In this document: in pieces, positions 1-8,866 of the stretch
How the letters are laid out: every line of letters starts with the position of its first letter
Position numbering within the stretch: position 1 is the stretch's first letter
Origin: an uncultured Alphaproteobacteria bacterium
Lineage (GTDB): Bacteria > Pseudomonadota > Alphaproteobacteria > RF32 > CAG-239
DNA length: 64,000 bases
Assembly (NCBI GenBank): GCA_910577205.1
Contig: CAJTMA010000010.1
Coordinates: forward strand, 56-64,055
Direction: 5' to 3'
Translations under genes and position numbers: made by a program
Notes under the pieces: generated by a model
What the model was told of the DNA's origin: nothing
Databases searched by the model: none
Seen by the model: only the letters and a program-made list of their open reading frames with translations

Positions 1-16
1 ATAGAGGAGAAGAGCA

Positions 17-1675
17 ATGAGAAAATTAAGTTTGTTATTGATGATCGGTACTATTCTCGCTCCTTTGTCTGTAGAGGCTGCGTGCAAAACAGCGCCGGAT
101 TGTGCAAGCTTGGGCTTTACGATGGATGCCTCAAAATGTTCCGGCACGGCTCTCAAATGTCCTTGGGATACCAGCAAGGCAGCCTGTAAGGAAAGAGCAG
201 AGCCGGAGTTGGGACTGCCTATTCTTTATAACGACGGTACAGTCAGCAAAAATATTGTTTCCGGCAAAACGCCAATCGGCATCGTTTATGATGAAGCTAA
301 CAAACTTGCAGTGGCTTTATCGGATATTGATAAAGATGGACGAGTAACATCAGGAACGATGACTTGGGGCGCAGGTATACTGGGAAAACCTGGAGGAGTA
401 TGCACTTTTACGGCCGAGAAAGATTGTGAAACGCTAAACGCGTCAGGAAGTAATTGTGCACCGGACAGTCAAAAAAATACTCAAAGCATATTAAGTACAA
501 CTCAGATTATTACCGATGGTTATGGAACTAAATATACTTGTAAAGACTATCCATATGCGGCCATAGGGAGTCAAAATTACACGCCGTCAGGTTGCTCAAA
601 AGAGTTCTGCAGCAAGACGAAATGGTTTGTACCAAGTATGCAGGAATTACAAAAGATTTATAGCCAAAAAGCTACCATAAATTCGGTGCTTAATTCGCTG
701 AGGTTAGGTAATAAACTTCAGTCAGGTGTCCTCTGTTCATCTAACACAAGTTCTAGTTATAAAATTTGGACGTTAGATTTTACACAAGGGATACAAAACA
801 AAGTTTTACAAAACAGTACTTGTTATCTTCGTCCGGTTATTTATTATGGCGAACCGAAAGCGGGGTGCGATGCAGAAATCGCCGCCGCTGGAGCGACCAA
901 AGTTACGACTGCCGCTGAATTAAAAGCAGCTAACCGCAGCGCCTCAAAAATATTGATGATGAATGACATCAGCCTTGGTTCGGAAGATCTGACGGTTAAC
1001 GCTCCATATATCAGCTGGCCGGGCGAGTTTGCCAGCTGTTCCGCCAGCAAGCGTCCGACACTGACGGCTGGAAACGTCACTTTTTTAGAAGGGATAGACC
1101 ATGCTTTAGGGGTTAATCTTAAAGCCTCAAGCTTAACCACTACCACCAACGGCACACTTGAGCTGTATGATGTTACAGTCAACAGATTCCAGGATAATAA
1201 CGGTAAAAATGTCTGGTTTTATGGCAATGCCAGTATTGGAACATGGGCTGCCAACGTTACGGGCGGCGCGTATTTGTTTGGCGCTGACGGCGGCCGCTTA
1301 GGGGTTGTCAAAGGTGGAGCATGGAATACAATGGACGAAAATCGGATTATCAAGATAACCATTAGTAGCTTTACCTATATGAAAGGATCTCCGGTGGTCT
1401 ATGGCGCCGGTTGGAATCAATTGGATAATGCAGATATTTCTATCCCTGCCGATATGTTTAATTCGATTTATGGGCCGGTTGATTTGGAATACAATGCTAA
1501 AGTAACGGTCAATGGCAGCATTACGTCATGCAATGCAGAGGTATATTTCTATTCAACTGGTGATTCGAATAATAAGAGCTGTTTTAATGATATTTGCCCG
1601 ATGCAAAACCAAAACTGCAGTCAAATCACAAATTCGCAATTGCGTTGCAACAATGGTGTTTATTCTTGCCAATAG
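17..1675 (+). CDS. Secreted Cys-rich modular protein with Lcl/DUF1566-like (C-type lectin fold) central domain
   Basis: SD GAGGAG; signal peptide; N-terminal CKTAPDCASLGF..C..KCPWD..C module; KTPIGIV, WFVPSMQEL and LRPV motifs resembling DUF1566; unique C-terminal domain. Confidence 0.65.
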   Translation: MRKLSLLLMIGTILAPLSVEAACKTAPDCASLGFTMDASKCSGTALKCPWDTSKAACKERAEPELGLPILYNDGTVSKNIVSGKTPIGIVYDEANKLAVALSDIDKDGRVTSGTMTWGAGILGKPGGVCTFTAEKDCETLNASGSNCAPDSQKNTQSILSTTQIITDGYGTKYTCKDYPYAAIGSQNYTPSGCSKEFCSKTKWFVPSMQELQKIYSQKATINSVLNSLRLGNKLQSGVLCSSNTSSSYKIWTLDFTQGIQNKVLQNSTCYLRPVIYYGEPKAGCDAEIAAAGATKVTTAAELKAANRSASKILMMNDISLGSEDLTVNAPYISWPGEFASCSASKRPTLTAGNVTFLEGIDHALGVNLKASSLTTTTNGTLELYDVTVNRFQDNNGKNVWFYGNASIGTWAANVTGGAYLFGADGGRLGVVKGGAWNTMDENRIIKITISSFTYMKGSPVVYGAGWNQLDNADISIPADMFNSIYGPVDLEYNAKVTVNGSITSCNAEVYFYSTGDSNNKSCFNDICPMQNQNCSQITNSQLRCNNGVYSCQ

Positions 1676-1690
1676 ACGAGGAGAAAGACA

Positions 1691-3244
1691 ATGAAAAATT
1701 ATAAATATAGTATGATATTTACCGGGGCGTTGTTTCTCCTTGTAAGTTCACCAGAGGTCAGAGCATTTAACTGTGTTCAGTCACCGGATTGTGCGTCGTT
1801 GGGTTATACGAAAAATGCCACGGACTGTAAGGATAAAGTTGCGGTCAAATGCCCGACGGACAACACTAAGGTGTTCTGCAAAGATGAAGTTGCTGCTCAA
1901 GCGCCACTGCCCATTCTATATGGTGACGGTACGGTTAGCAAAGAACTTGTTGCCGGCAAGACCCCGATTGGCGTGGTTATTAGTGAAAGTGCTAAGTTAG
2001 CCTTGGCATTGACTGATGTGAAAAAAGACGGCACGCCGGGGAGTGAGGGGATACATTGGTCTCTTATAACTAGTTATGACAATCCCTATTTAACAAACTG
2101 TTCAACAGAGTCCGGAGTTATGACTTGTGCTACGGATGGCCGCTCAAATACGGATAAAATATTAACCTGTGGAAATACATGTAGTGCCGTCCCTGCCGCG
2201 TTAGCTGTACGAGCTTATCAGCCGGCAGGTTGTACCGCTGATTTTTGTAAAAGAGGTCAGTGGCATTTGCCAAGTATTAAGGAGTTAATTCCGATACATT
2301 TTAAGAGGCCGAGCTTTGAGGCTACCTTATCTCTGTTAGAAAAATATGGTGCTGTTAATTTACCTTCATTGGTATGTTATTGGTCTTCCAATGAAGCGAG
2401 CGCAGGCGGTGCATGGGCTTTATGTGAGAATTCAAATTCTACAATATATCAGACCGTTAAGACAACAACGTATAATGTCCGCCCGGTTATTAATTATGGT
2501 GTGCAGAAACCTGCCCAGAATATTAAATTTGTAATTAATATTTCTAATTCTTGTCCTCGTGGGCTGTCTTTTTCCGGTAGTTATCAAGGACCTGGTAGTG
2601 GCCCAATCCCCGCAACGGGAACATTTTCTTGCACCAGTGAGTTATGTTATGATCAGGGACGCTATGATGGCAATGGCAGTAATGAAACGGAAACTGTTGT
2701 TAAAGAAGGTACGTCAATTACGCTGAGTAACTTAAATAGTAACTTTACATCAATAAAATCTATGGCGACTGGAAAAGTTGTTCCTGTTTCTGGTGGGATG
2801 GCCTATTTTGCCTTAAATAATTATGATGAAGTTGTGGCTGCATTAGGGGCTGGCGCTTATGACTTTTGGATGTTGCAGTGTTCCCCCGTGGCTAGCGCAA
2901 AAGCATCAGTAACAGCAGAAGTCATTGTGACAGGCTCATCTTCCAATATGTTTGTCGATTTAAATGGAACAAGTGTCACTTGCACTGTAACTGCTACTGA
3001 GGATGGAAGAAGTGCTCCGGTTACAATTAACGGAGGAAAAACTGCAAACTCCTTTGCTGCTGGACAAGTTACTCTTGCGTGTCCTAGAACAATTAAACCT
3101 ATAACGGGTTCATATACACAGTATAGAATTTCGGAATCTGAAGTAGACAACGGTGGGCGACAAACGTTAAATGGCCTTAGCGTTCGTGTAAATGCAACTC
3201 CAAACGGTAGTCATACGCTTAAAATTTATTATCAAGCAATATGA
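1691..3244 (+). CDS. Secreted Cys-rich modular protein, paralogue of 17..1675, with a different C-terminus
   Basis: SD GAGGAG; signal peptide; CVQSPDCASLGY..C..KCPTD..C; LPILYGDGTVSK; WHLPSIKEL, YWSSNE, AW, VRPV. Confidence 0.65.
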   Translation: MKNYKYSMIFTGALFLLVSSPEVRAFNCVQSPDCASLGYTKNATDCKDKVAVKCPTDNTKVFCKDEVAAQAPLPILYGDGTVSKELVAGKTPIGVVISESAKLALALTDVKKDGTPGSEGIHWSLITSYDNPYLTNCSTESGVMTCATDGRSNTDKILTCGNTCSAVPAALAVRAYQPAGCTADFCKRGQWHLPSIKELIPIHFKRPSFEATLSLLEKYGAVNLPSLVCYWSSNEASAGGAWALCENSNSTIYQTVKTTTYNVRPVINYGVQKPAQNIKFVINISNSCPRGLSFSGSYQGPGSGPIPATGTFSCTSELCYDQGRYDGNGSNETETVVKEGTSITLSNLNSNFTSIKSMATGKVVPVSGGMAYFALNNYDEVVAALGAGAYDFWMLQCSPVASAKASVTAEVIVTGSSSNMFVDLNGTSVTCTVTATEDGRSAPVTINGGKTANSFAAGQVTLACPRTIKPITGSYTQYRISESEVDNGGRQTLNGLSVRVNATPNGSHTLKIYYQAI

Positions 3245-3318
3245 TGTTCAGATAATTGTGTCAGGATTATATTTGACCTCATTTGTAGCAAAATAGTAAA
3301 ACTCAAACTTTGATAGAG

Positions 3319-3352
3319 TATCCCCGGTGGCCTTATCCGGGGATATTTGTTT
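3319..3352 (+). terminator. Intrinsic terminator
   Basis: TATCCCCGG/CCGGGGATA stem followed by a T-rich tail. Confidence 0.7.
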
Positions 3353-3474
3353 GGGGATGATATTTTCAGTTATTCTGAAGTCTGTGTTCTACGGTCATTG
3401 GCTCTCTGCTGTCCGGGGGTTGATTTTTGAATTTAAAAAGCCTAAATTAAAGACAGCTTAATGAGGAGAAACGG

Positions 3475-3927
3475 ATGGAACAGAATTTACCGGAACTGCG
3501 CGATATTCACCTGCCGGACGGCGTGTCGCCCTTTCCCCCGGCTTATGGCTGGTGGGTTATTTTAGGCAGCGTGCTGTTGCTGCTGGTGTTGACCGAGTTG
3601 TTTTTAATCATCCGCCGCAAGAGCAAAAAACGCTATGCACTCTACCTCCTGCAACATATTCCCCAAGATAATATTGCGGCCGCAGCCCTGCAAATTTCGG
3701 AGATTTTGCGCCGTATCTGTGTCTTTAAATATAAAGAAGCTACCGCCTTATACGGGCAGCCTTGGCTGGAATTTCTTAATCAACACAGTAAAAGCAAACT
3801 GGACGGTCAAGCTGCGCAGCTGTTGCTGGACGCACCTTATATGAATCCGGAATCAGCTGCCTATACCAAACAGGATGCTGATAAGTTGCGACAGTTCAGC
3901 GCCCGCTGGATAGGAGAAAACTTATGA
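3475..3927 (+). CDS. DUF4381-family membrane protein (MoxR/Bat gene cluster)
   Basis: LRDIHLP..P..GWW, a TM segment, LRR, LYGQPWLEFL; overlaps the VWA gene. Confidence 0.8.
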   Translation: MEQNLPELRDIHLPDGVSPFPPAYGWWVILGSVLLLLVLTELFLIIRRKSKKRYALYLLQHIPQDNIAAAALQISEILRRICVFKYKEATALYGQPWLEFLNQHSKSKLDGQAAQLLLDAPYMNPESAAYTKQDADKLRQFSARWIGENL

Positions 3928-4934
3928 CCCATTTTGCCTACCCTTGGGCTTTTGCCGCGCTTTTGCTGCCTTTTGTGGTTTGGTATATCTTGCCTGCCGC
4001 CAAAGGGCTGCACGGAGATGCGCTGCGTGTCCCTTTTTTGAAAGATTTGGCACGGATTAATTTGAAATCTGGCAGTATCTGGGGCGGAATGAGTTCGGAT
4101 AATGTCAAATTAACTTCTCCGCTCTGGCTGGGAACTTATCTGGTTTATGCTTTGCTGATAACCGCTTTGGCGCGTCCACAATGGGCGGGAGAACCGGTGC
4201 GCATCCATAATTTCAGCCGAGATATCCTGCTGGTAATGGATATTTCAACCTCAATGGAAGAGCCTGACTTTGTGCTCAACAATCGTCCTGTCAGCCGCTT
4301 AAATGCCGTTAAAAAAGTGGCGGGCGAGTTTATTGACAAGCGCGGTGAGGACCGAATAGGCTTGGTGCTGTTTGGCACACGGGCATATTTACAAGCGCCG
4401 ATAACCTTTGATAAAGCCGCCGTAAAACAAATACTCTATGCTATGCAGGCGGGCATGGCCGGAAATTCCACGGCAATAGGTGATGCCTTAGGACTGGCGC
4501 TAAAAAGCTTAAAAGATGCGGATAATCCCGATGAAAAAATCATTATTTTGCTGACAGACGGCGAAAATAACGATGGCAGTGTAACTGTGCCGCAAGCCGT
4601 AAAACTGGCTAAAGAAGCCGGTGTTAAGATTTATACCATCGGCGTCGGCAGCGACGGCGGCGATTTTGCCTCTTTCTTTGGACTGCGCATGGGCGGTGGC
4701 GTAGATGACAGCAGCCTGAAGCAAATTGCCGCGGAAACGGACGGAACTTATTTCCGGGCAAAAAATACGGCATCCTTACAAAAGGTTTATGAGGCTATTG
4801 ATAAATTAGAACCAACAGAAAATGAAGACAGTTTCGTGCAGGAAATCAGAGAGTTGTACTATATTCCCTTGTTGGCCGCTTTAGGGTTGGCGGCGCTGCT
4901 GGCATTATTAAACCGGAGGGCAGGAAATGTCTGA
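3924..4934 (+). CDS. batA: VWA-domain protein, BatA-like
   Basis: ALARPQW, MIDAS DISTS, TAIGDALGLA, LLTDGENN. Confidence 0.85.
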   Translation: MTHFAYPWAFAALLLPFVVWYILPAAKGLHGDALRVPFLKDLARINLKSGSIWGGMSSDNVKLTSPLWLGTYLVYALLITALARPQWAGEPVRIHNFSRDILLVMDISTSMEEPDFVLNNRPVSRLNAVKKVAGEFIDKRGEDRIGLVLFGTRAYLQAPITFDKAAVKQILYAMQAGMAGNSTAIGDALGLALKSLKDADNPDEKIIILLTDGENNDGSVTVPQAVKLAKEAGVKIYTIGVGSDGGDFASFFGLRMGGGVDDSSLKQIAAETDGTYFRAKNTASLQKVYEAIDKLEPTENEDSFVQEIRELYYIPLLAALGLAALLALLNRRAGNV

Positions 4935-6690
4935 GTTCTTGAGCAATTTTCATTTTATCCGCCCTTTGGTGCTGTTGCTGCTGGTTTTGCCTTTGTGGTT
5001 TCTGTGGCGTTATGCCCGCAGTCGGGGCAGAGATTCCTCATGGGCTCAGGTCTGTGATAAAAATCTGTTGGATTTTCTGTTAGTTAAAGGAAGTTCAGTG
5101 CAGCGGAAATTAATTGTCTGGCTGGGGCTTGCCGGGTATACTGCCGGAATTTTGGCTGCTGCCGGACCATCTTGGCATAAAAAGGAAATTCCCAATCTTG
5201 CGCCGGAAAATCCGGTAATGGTTTTGCTGAACCTGTCAACAGACATGGCCGAACAGGACTTAACGCCCAGCCGCCTGTCCCGCGCCAAGTTTGAAATCTC
5301 CGACTTATTGAAAATGATACCCGCGGCTCAAAGCGGAATGATTGTCTATAGTGATGAGCCTTTTCTTATCAGTCCCTTGACAGATGATGCACGGTTGCTG
5401 GATAATCTGTTGCCACGCCTTAATTTTGATCTTATGCCCGGAAATGGTGATCGCCTTGACCGTGCACTGGATTTGGCAGTTGAAAAATTTAAGAGTGCCG
5501 GATTTCCTCAGGGCAATATTGTTGTCTTTTCTTCTGATATCGGAGAGCGTTTGGATTTAGCTCTGGAGGCTGCGAAGAAAGCTAATACCGCCGGATATCC
5601 GGTCAATGTGGCGGCAGTGACAAAAGGAGATTCGGAACGTTTGCGCCTCTTGGCAAAGGATGGCGGCGGTCTGTATATTCCTACAGTTTCCGCAGACCGG
5701 GATATGCTCAAATTAGCCGAACGAATTAATCAAAATGATGAGCAACAACTGAAAGAAACGGAAAACCTGCGCTCGGTTTGGGCGGATTATGGTTATTATT
5801 TGACATTTATTCCGGCTTTATTCTGCTTGTATTTTTTCCGCCGTGGAATACTGGTTCTTCTATTTATGCTTTGCGGTGTGCATACGGCTCAGGCCGGTTT
5901 CTTTCTTAATAATAATCAGGAAGGATTAAAAGCGTTTAATAATCAGGATTACGCCGCCGCTGCCGCTAAATTCGAACGTCCGGATTGGCAGGCCTCAAGT
6001 TTTTATCGGCTTGGCGATTACCAAAAAGCCTACGATGCCTTTACCAAAGGTGAAGGGAGCGAAGCTTTATATAATCAGGGCAATGCTCTGGCTAAAGGCG
6101 GAAAACTGGATGATGCTATTAAGAAATATGAGGAAGTGCTGAAACAAAATCCGCAGCATGAGGACGCAAAATTTAATCTTGAATATCTGAAGCAACAAAA
6201 ACAGCAGCAACAGCAAAGCTCAACCCAGAATAATCAGGATAAGCAGAACAATAAGGATAACCAGCAGCAGTCGCAGCAAAACCAGCAGTCCGGACAACAA
6301 AACCAAGAACAGAACCAATCCGGCAAATCTTCCGAGCAGTCGGAACAGCAGCCGGATAAGAATGAACAGCAAAATGCCGATTCTCAGCAAGATAAAAGCG
6401 ATAAGCAGGAAAATTCTCAAAATCAGCAGAAGCAGCGGGAAGATGACACTTCCGGCGAAGGCAAGGCCCAGGCGGAACAACAACGGCAGCAGCAAGCTCC
6501 CGAAGCCGATAAACAGCCGCAGGACAAAACGCCTGCCGGGTTGCAAAAGGGACAGGATGATACTAAATATGATGAGGAAGTTCAGGCACGAGAACAGCAA
6601 TACCGCGAAATTCCCGAAGATCCCGGCGGGTTGCTACGCGCCTTTATTTATCAGGAATACATGAAAAACCGTTACAATCGGGGGAGATAA
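4927..6690 (+). CDS. VWA + TPR protein with Q-rich linker (BatB/BatC-like fusion)
   Basis: AAAGPSW, PSRLSRAK, degenerate MIDAS (NLSTD), TPR YNQGNALAK, poly-Q tract, PEDPGGLLR. Confidence 0.8.
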   Translation: MSEFLSNFHFIRPLVLLLLVLPLWFLWRYARSRGRDSSWAQVCDKNLLDFLLVKGSSVQRKLIVWLGLAGYTAGILAAAGPSWHKKEIPNLAPENPVMVLLNLSTDMAEQDLTPSRLSRAKFEISDLLKMIPAAQSGMIVYSDEPFLISPLTDDARLLDNLLPRLNFDLMPGNGDRLDRALDLAVEKFKSAGFPQGNIVVFSSDIGERLDLALEAAKKANTAGYPVNVAAVTKGDSERLRLLAKDGGGLYIPTVSADRDMLKLAERINQNDEQQLKETENLRSVWADYGYYLTFIPALFCLYFFRRGILVLLFMLCGVHTAQAGFFLNNNQEGLKAFNNQDYAAAAAKFERPDWQASSFYRLGDYQKAYDAFTKGEGSEALYNQGNALAKGGKLDDAIKKYEEVLKQNPQHEDAKFNLEYLKQQKQQQQQSSTQNNQDKQNNKDNQQQSQQNQQSGQQNQEQNQSGKSSEQSEQQPDKNEQQNADSQQDKSDKQENSQNQQKQREDDTSGEGKAQAEQQRQQQAPEADKQPQDKTPAGLQKGQDDTKYDEEVQAREQQYREIPEDPGGLLRAFIYQEYMKNRYNRGR

Positions 6691-8471
6691 TGAAAAATTG
6701 GGTTAAATCCGTTGCTTTGAGTTTTTTGTTGGCCGCAATTGTGGCAAATGCGGCTTGGGCGCAGACCTTTACCGCCGCGGTTAATCGCACTGAAGTGCCG
6801 CAGGGCGAAACCTTTGTCCTGACGTTGGAACTGGTCGACGGGCAAGATAACGGTAATCCTGATTTAAGCGTTTTGGATAAGGATTTTATCGTTTATTCTG
6901 TCGGCAGCGGCTATAACTTCAACTATGTCAACGGCGTATCATCCAAATCCCGCCAATGGCAAATAGCTTTAATGCCCAAAAATGCCGGGCAGATTACCGT
7001 GCCCTCCGTCAAATTGGATAATCTGGAAACCGCCCCGATAACCTTAAATGTCGTTCCGGCTTCTGCTGTTGAGCCGCAAACCTCGGCAGATAACGGTTAC
7101 CAATCGCCGCAGCAGATGAACAAACCCAAATTCAGCATGGTTGCCGAGGCCGGCAATAAAGCGCCGTTCGTTCAGCAACAAATTGATTATACGGTTAAAA
7201 TCTATGATACCGGCGGGCTGCAAGGCGAAGCGCCGCAGTTTATTGAAGATGGCAGCAACAATTGGATTATCCGCAGTTTGGGAGCGCCGACGGTCGGCAG
7301 TAAAATTGTCAATGGGCGCAGCCTGCGGGAAATAACTTTCCGCTATGCCCTTTTCCCGCAAAAAAGCGGAATGTTGCAAACGCCTGAAGTCCAGTTCAAT
7401 GGTTATTACCTGACCCGATCCCGCGGCATGAACGACCCGTTTGATGATTTGTTCGGCAGCCGTTTGGGCGGTATAGGTTTCGCCGATATGTTCGCCACGC
7501 GCAATCCGGTTATGCTGACCGCCAAGCCTGAAAAAATAAATGTCCAGCCGATACCCGCGGCAAACAACGGCAGCTGGTGGCTGCCGGCGCAGCAGGTCGC
7601 TCTGCTTGCGGAATGGGAACCGCGCCAGCCGGTATTTAAAGTCGGTGAAGCCGTTAACCGCACGATATATTTAAAAGCCGTCGGTGTGGCCGAAAGCCAG
7701 TTGCCGGAATTAAACTTTTCTTCCGTGCCGGGCTTAAAGCAATATCCTGACAAAGCGGTGGCTTCCAGCGGTATTGAAAACGGGCAGGTTGTGGCTGTTA
7801 AGAAAATTTCTAACGTATATATTCCGACCGGCGCCGGAAAAATGGCTATTCCCGAAATTGCAGTCGATTGGTTTAATGTGCGTACCAATCAGATTGAACG
7901 CGCGGTTCTGCCTGCCGTGAATATTGATGTCCAGCCTGCGGCGGAAGCTGCGGCAATTCCGGAAGAACCCGCGCCGACTATTGATGACAGAACAAAAACT
8001 TTGGAAAATGTCAGCGATGAAGTCGCCGAATTAGTTGAAACCAGCTTGCCGCAAGGGCAGGCTCATCTGCCTTATATTATTGGCGGTGCGGCTTTCTTGC
8101 TGGGAATACTTATCAGCTGGCTGCTGTTTGGAAGACGCGTCCGGACACAGGCCGTTGAAGGAGTCAAAGATTATGATAAATATATTATCCGCGCGGTAAA
8201 AAACAAAGACTATCGCGGGTTGCGCGACGGTTTGATTGCTTGGGCGCGCGAGCACTGGCATAATTCTAAAATCACCAACTTAAAGGATGTGGCTCAGGCG
8301 GCCGGCAATAAAGATTTTGCTGCCCGGCTGGATGAATTGGGCGCTTTGCTCTATGCGCCGACTGGCGGCAAATTTAATGTTGACGCCTTTTTGAAAGCTT
8401 TTGATAAGGTGCGTAAAACCAAAATCAAATCCTGCGGCGACGACCAGCCTTTGCCCAAGCTTTATAAATAA
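6690..8471 (+). CDS. batD: BatD-like protein
   Basis: Signal peptide, repeated Ig-like BatD domains, WLPA, YPDK, C-terminal TM segment, LPKLY end. Confidence 0.8.
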   Translation: MKNWVKSVALSFLLAAIVANAAWAQTFTAAVNRTEVPQGETFVLTLELVDGQDNGNPDLSVLDKDFIVYSVGSGYNFNYVNGVSSKSRQWQIALMPKNAGQITVPSVKLDNLETAPITLNVVPASAVEPQTSADNGYQSPQQMNKPKFSMVAEAGNKAPFVQQQIDYTVKIYDTGGLQGEAPQFIEDGSNNWIIRSLGAPTVGSKIVNGRSLREITFRYALFPQKSGMLQTPEVQFNGYYLTRSRGMNDPFDDLFGSRLGGIGFADMFATRNPVMLTAKPEKINVQPIPAANNGSWWLPAQQVALLAEWEPRQPVFKVGEAVNRTIYLKAVGVAESQLPELNFSSVPGLKQYPDKAVASSGIENGQVVAVKKISNVYIPTGAGKMAIPEIAVDWFNVRTNQIERAVLPAVNIDVQPAAEAAAIPEEPAPTIDDRTKTLENVSDEVAELVETSLPQGQAHLPYIIGGAAFLLGILISWLLFGRRVRTQAVEGVKDYDKYIIRAVKNKDYRGLRDGLIAWAREHWHNSKITNLKDVAQAAGNKDFAARLDELGALLYAPTGGKFNVDAFLKAFDKVRKTKIKSCGDDQPLPKLYK

Positions 8472-8501
8472 AACAAAGGCCTCTGAAAAGAGGCCTTTGT
8501 T
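8472..8501. terminator. Bidirectional terminator
   Basis: AACAAAGGCCTCT-GAAA-AGAGGCCTTTGTT between convergent genes. Confidence 0.85.
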
Positions 8502-8511
8502 GCGCAGGGAA

Positions 8512-8754
8512 TTAAATCAACCCTTTTTCCTGTAATAAATATTCAGGAACATTCAAAACCATACGGCCGATAGCCAGTTCGGCATATCCTTCATCTTTGA
8601 GGGCAATTTGAATATTTTTACCCTCGGGCAGTGGCGTGCCGGCATATTGCGCCATTTCTTTGAAAGAAAGTTTGAACTTGCCTTTTTCGGTTTCAAAAAC
8701 ATACCCATCAGGCGTTCCGATAGTCCGGTTGATTTTAATTTCTAACTTGTCCAT
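8512..8754 (-). CDS. Small hypothetical protein (80 aa)
   Basis: ORF with its own TTGACT-N17-TAGTCT promoter candidate and an AT-rich leader. Confidence 0.55.
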   Translation of the reverse strand: MDKLEIKINRTIGTPDGYVFETEKGKFKLSFKEMAQYAGTPLPEGKNIQIALKDEGYAELAIGRMVLNVPEYLLQEKGLI

Positions 8755-8833
8755 AGTAATTTAATTTTGATGATTAAACATAATTGTAAAAAACTGCCCG
8801 CAGACTAACTGTATAGCCGTAAAGAGTCAAGTT

Positions 8834-8859
8834 AAAAAAAAGGAGCCGCAACGGGCTCC
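8834..8859 (-). terminator. tyrS terminator
   Basis: GGAGCC/GGCTCC stem with a U-tract on the minus strand. Confidence 0.7.
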
Positions 8860-8866
8860 CTGTGTT

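Noticed and set aside
17-3244. Complete diversity-generating retroelement
   Set aside because: No reverse transcriptase, Avd or adenine-variant template repeat in the window
6220-6600. Leu-rich antisense ORF, and similar antisense ORFs at 16940..17398, 21003..21489, 13077..13865 and 54847..55473
   Set aside because: Shadows of repetitive or conserved coding sequence on the opposite strand
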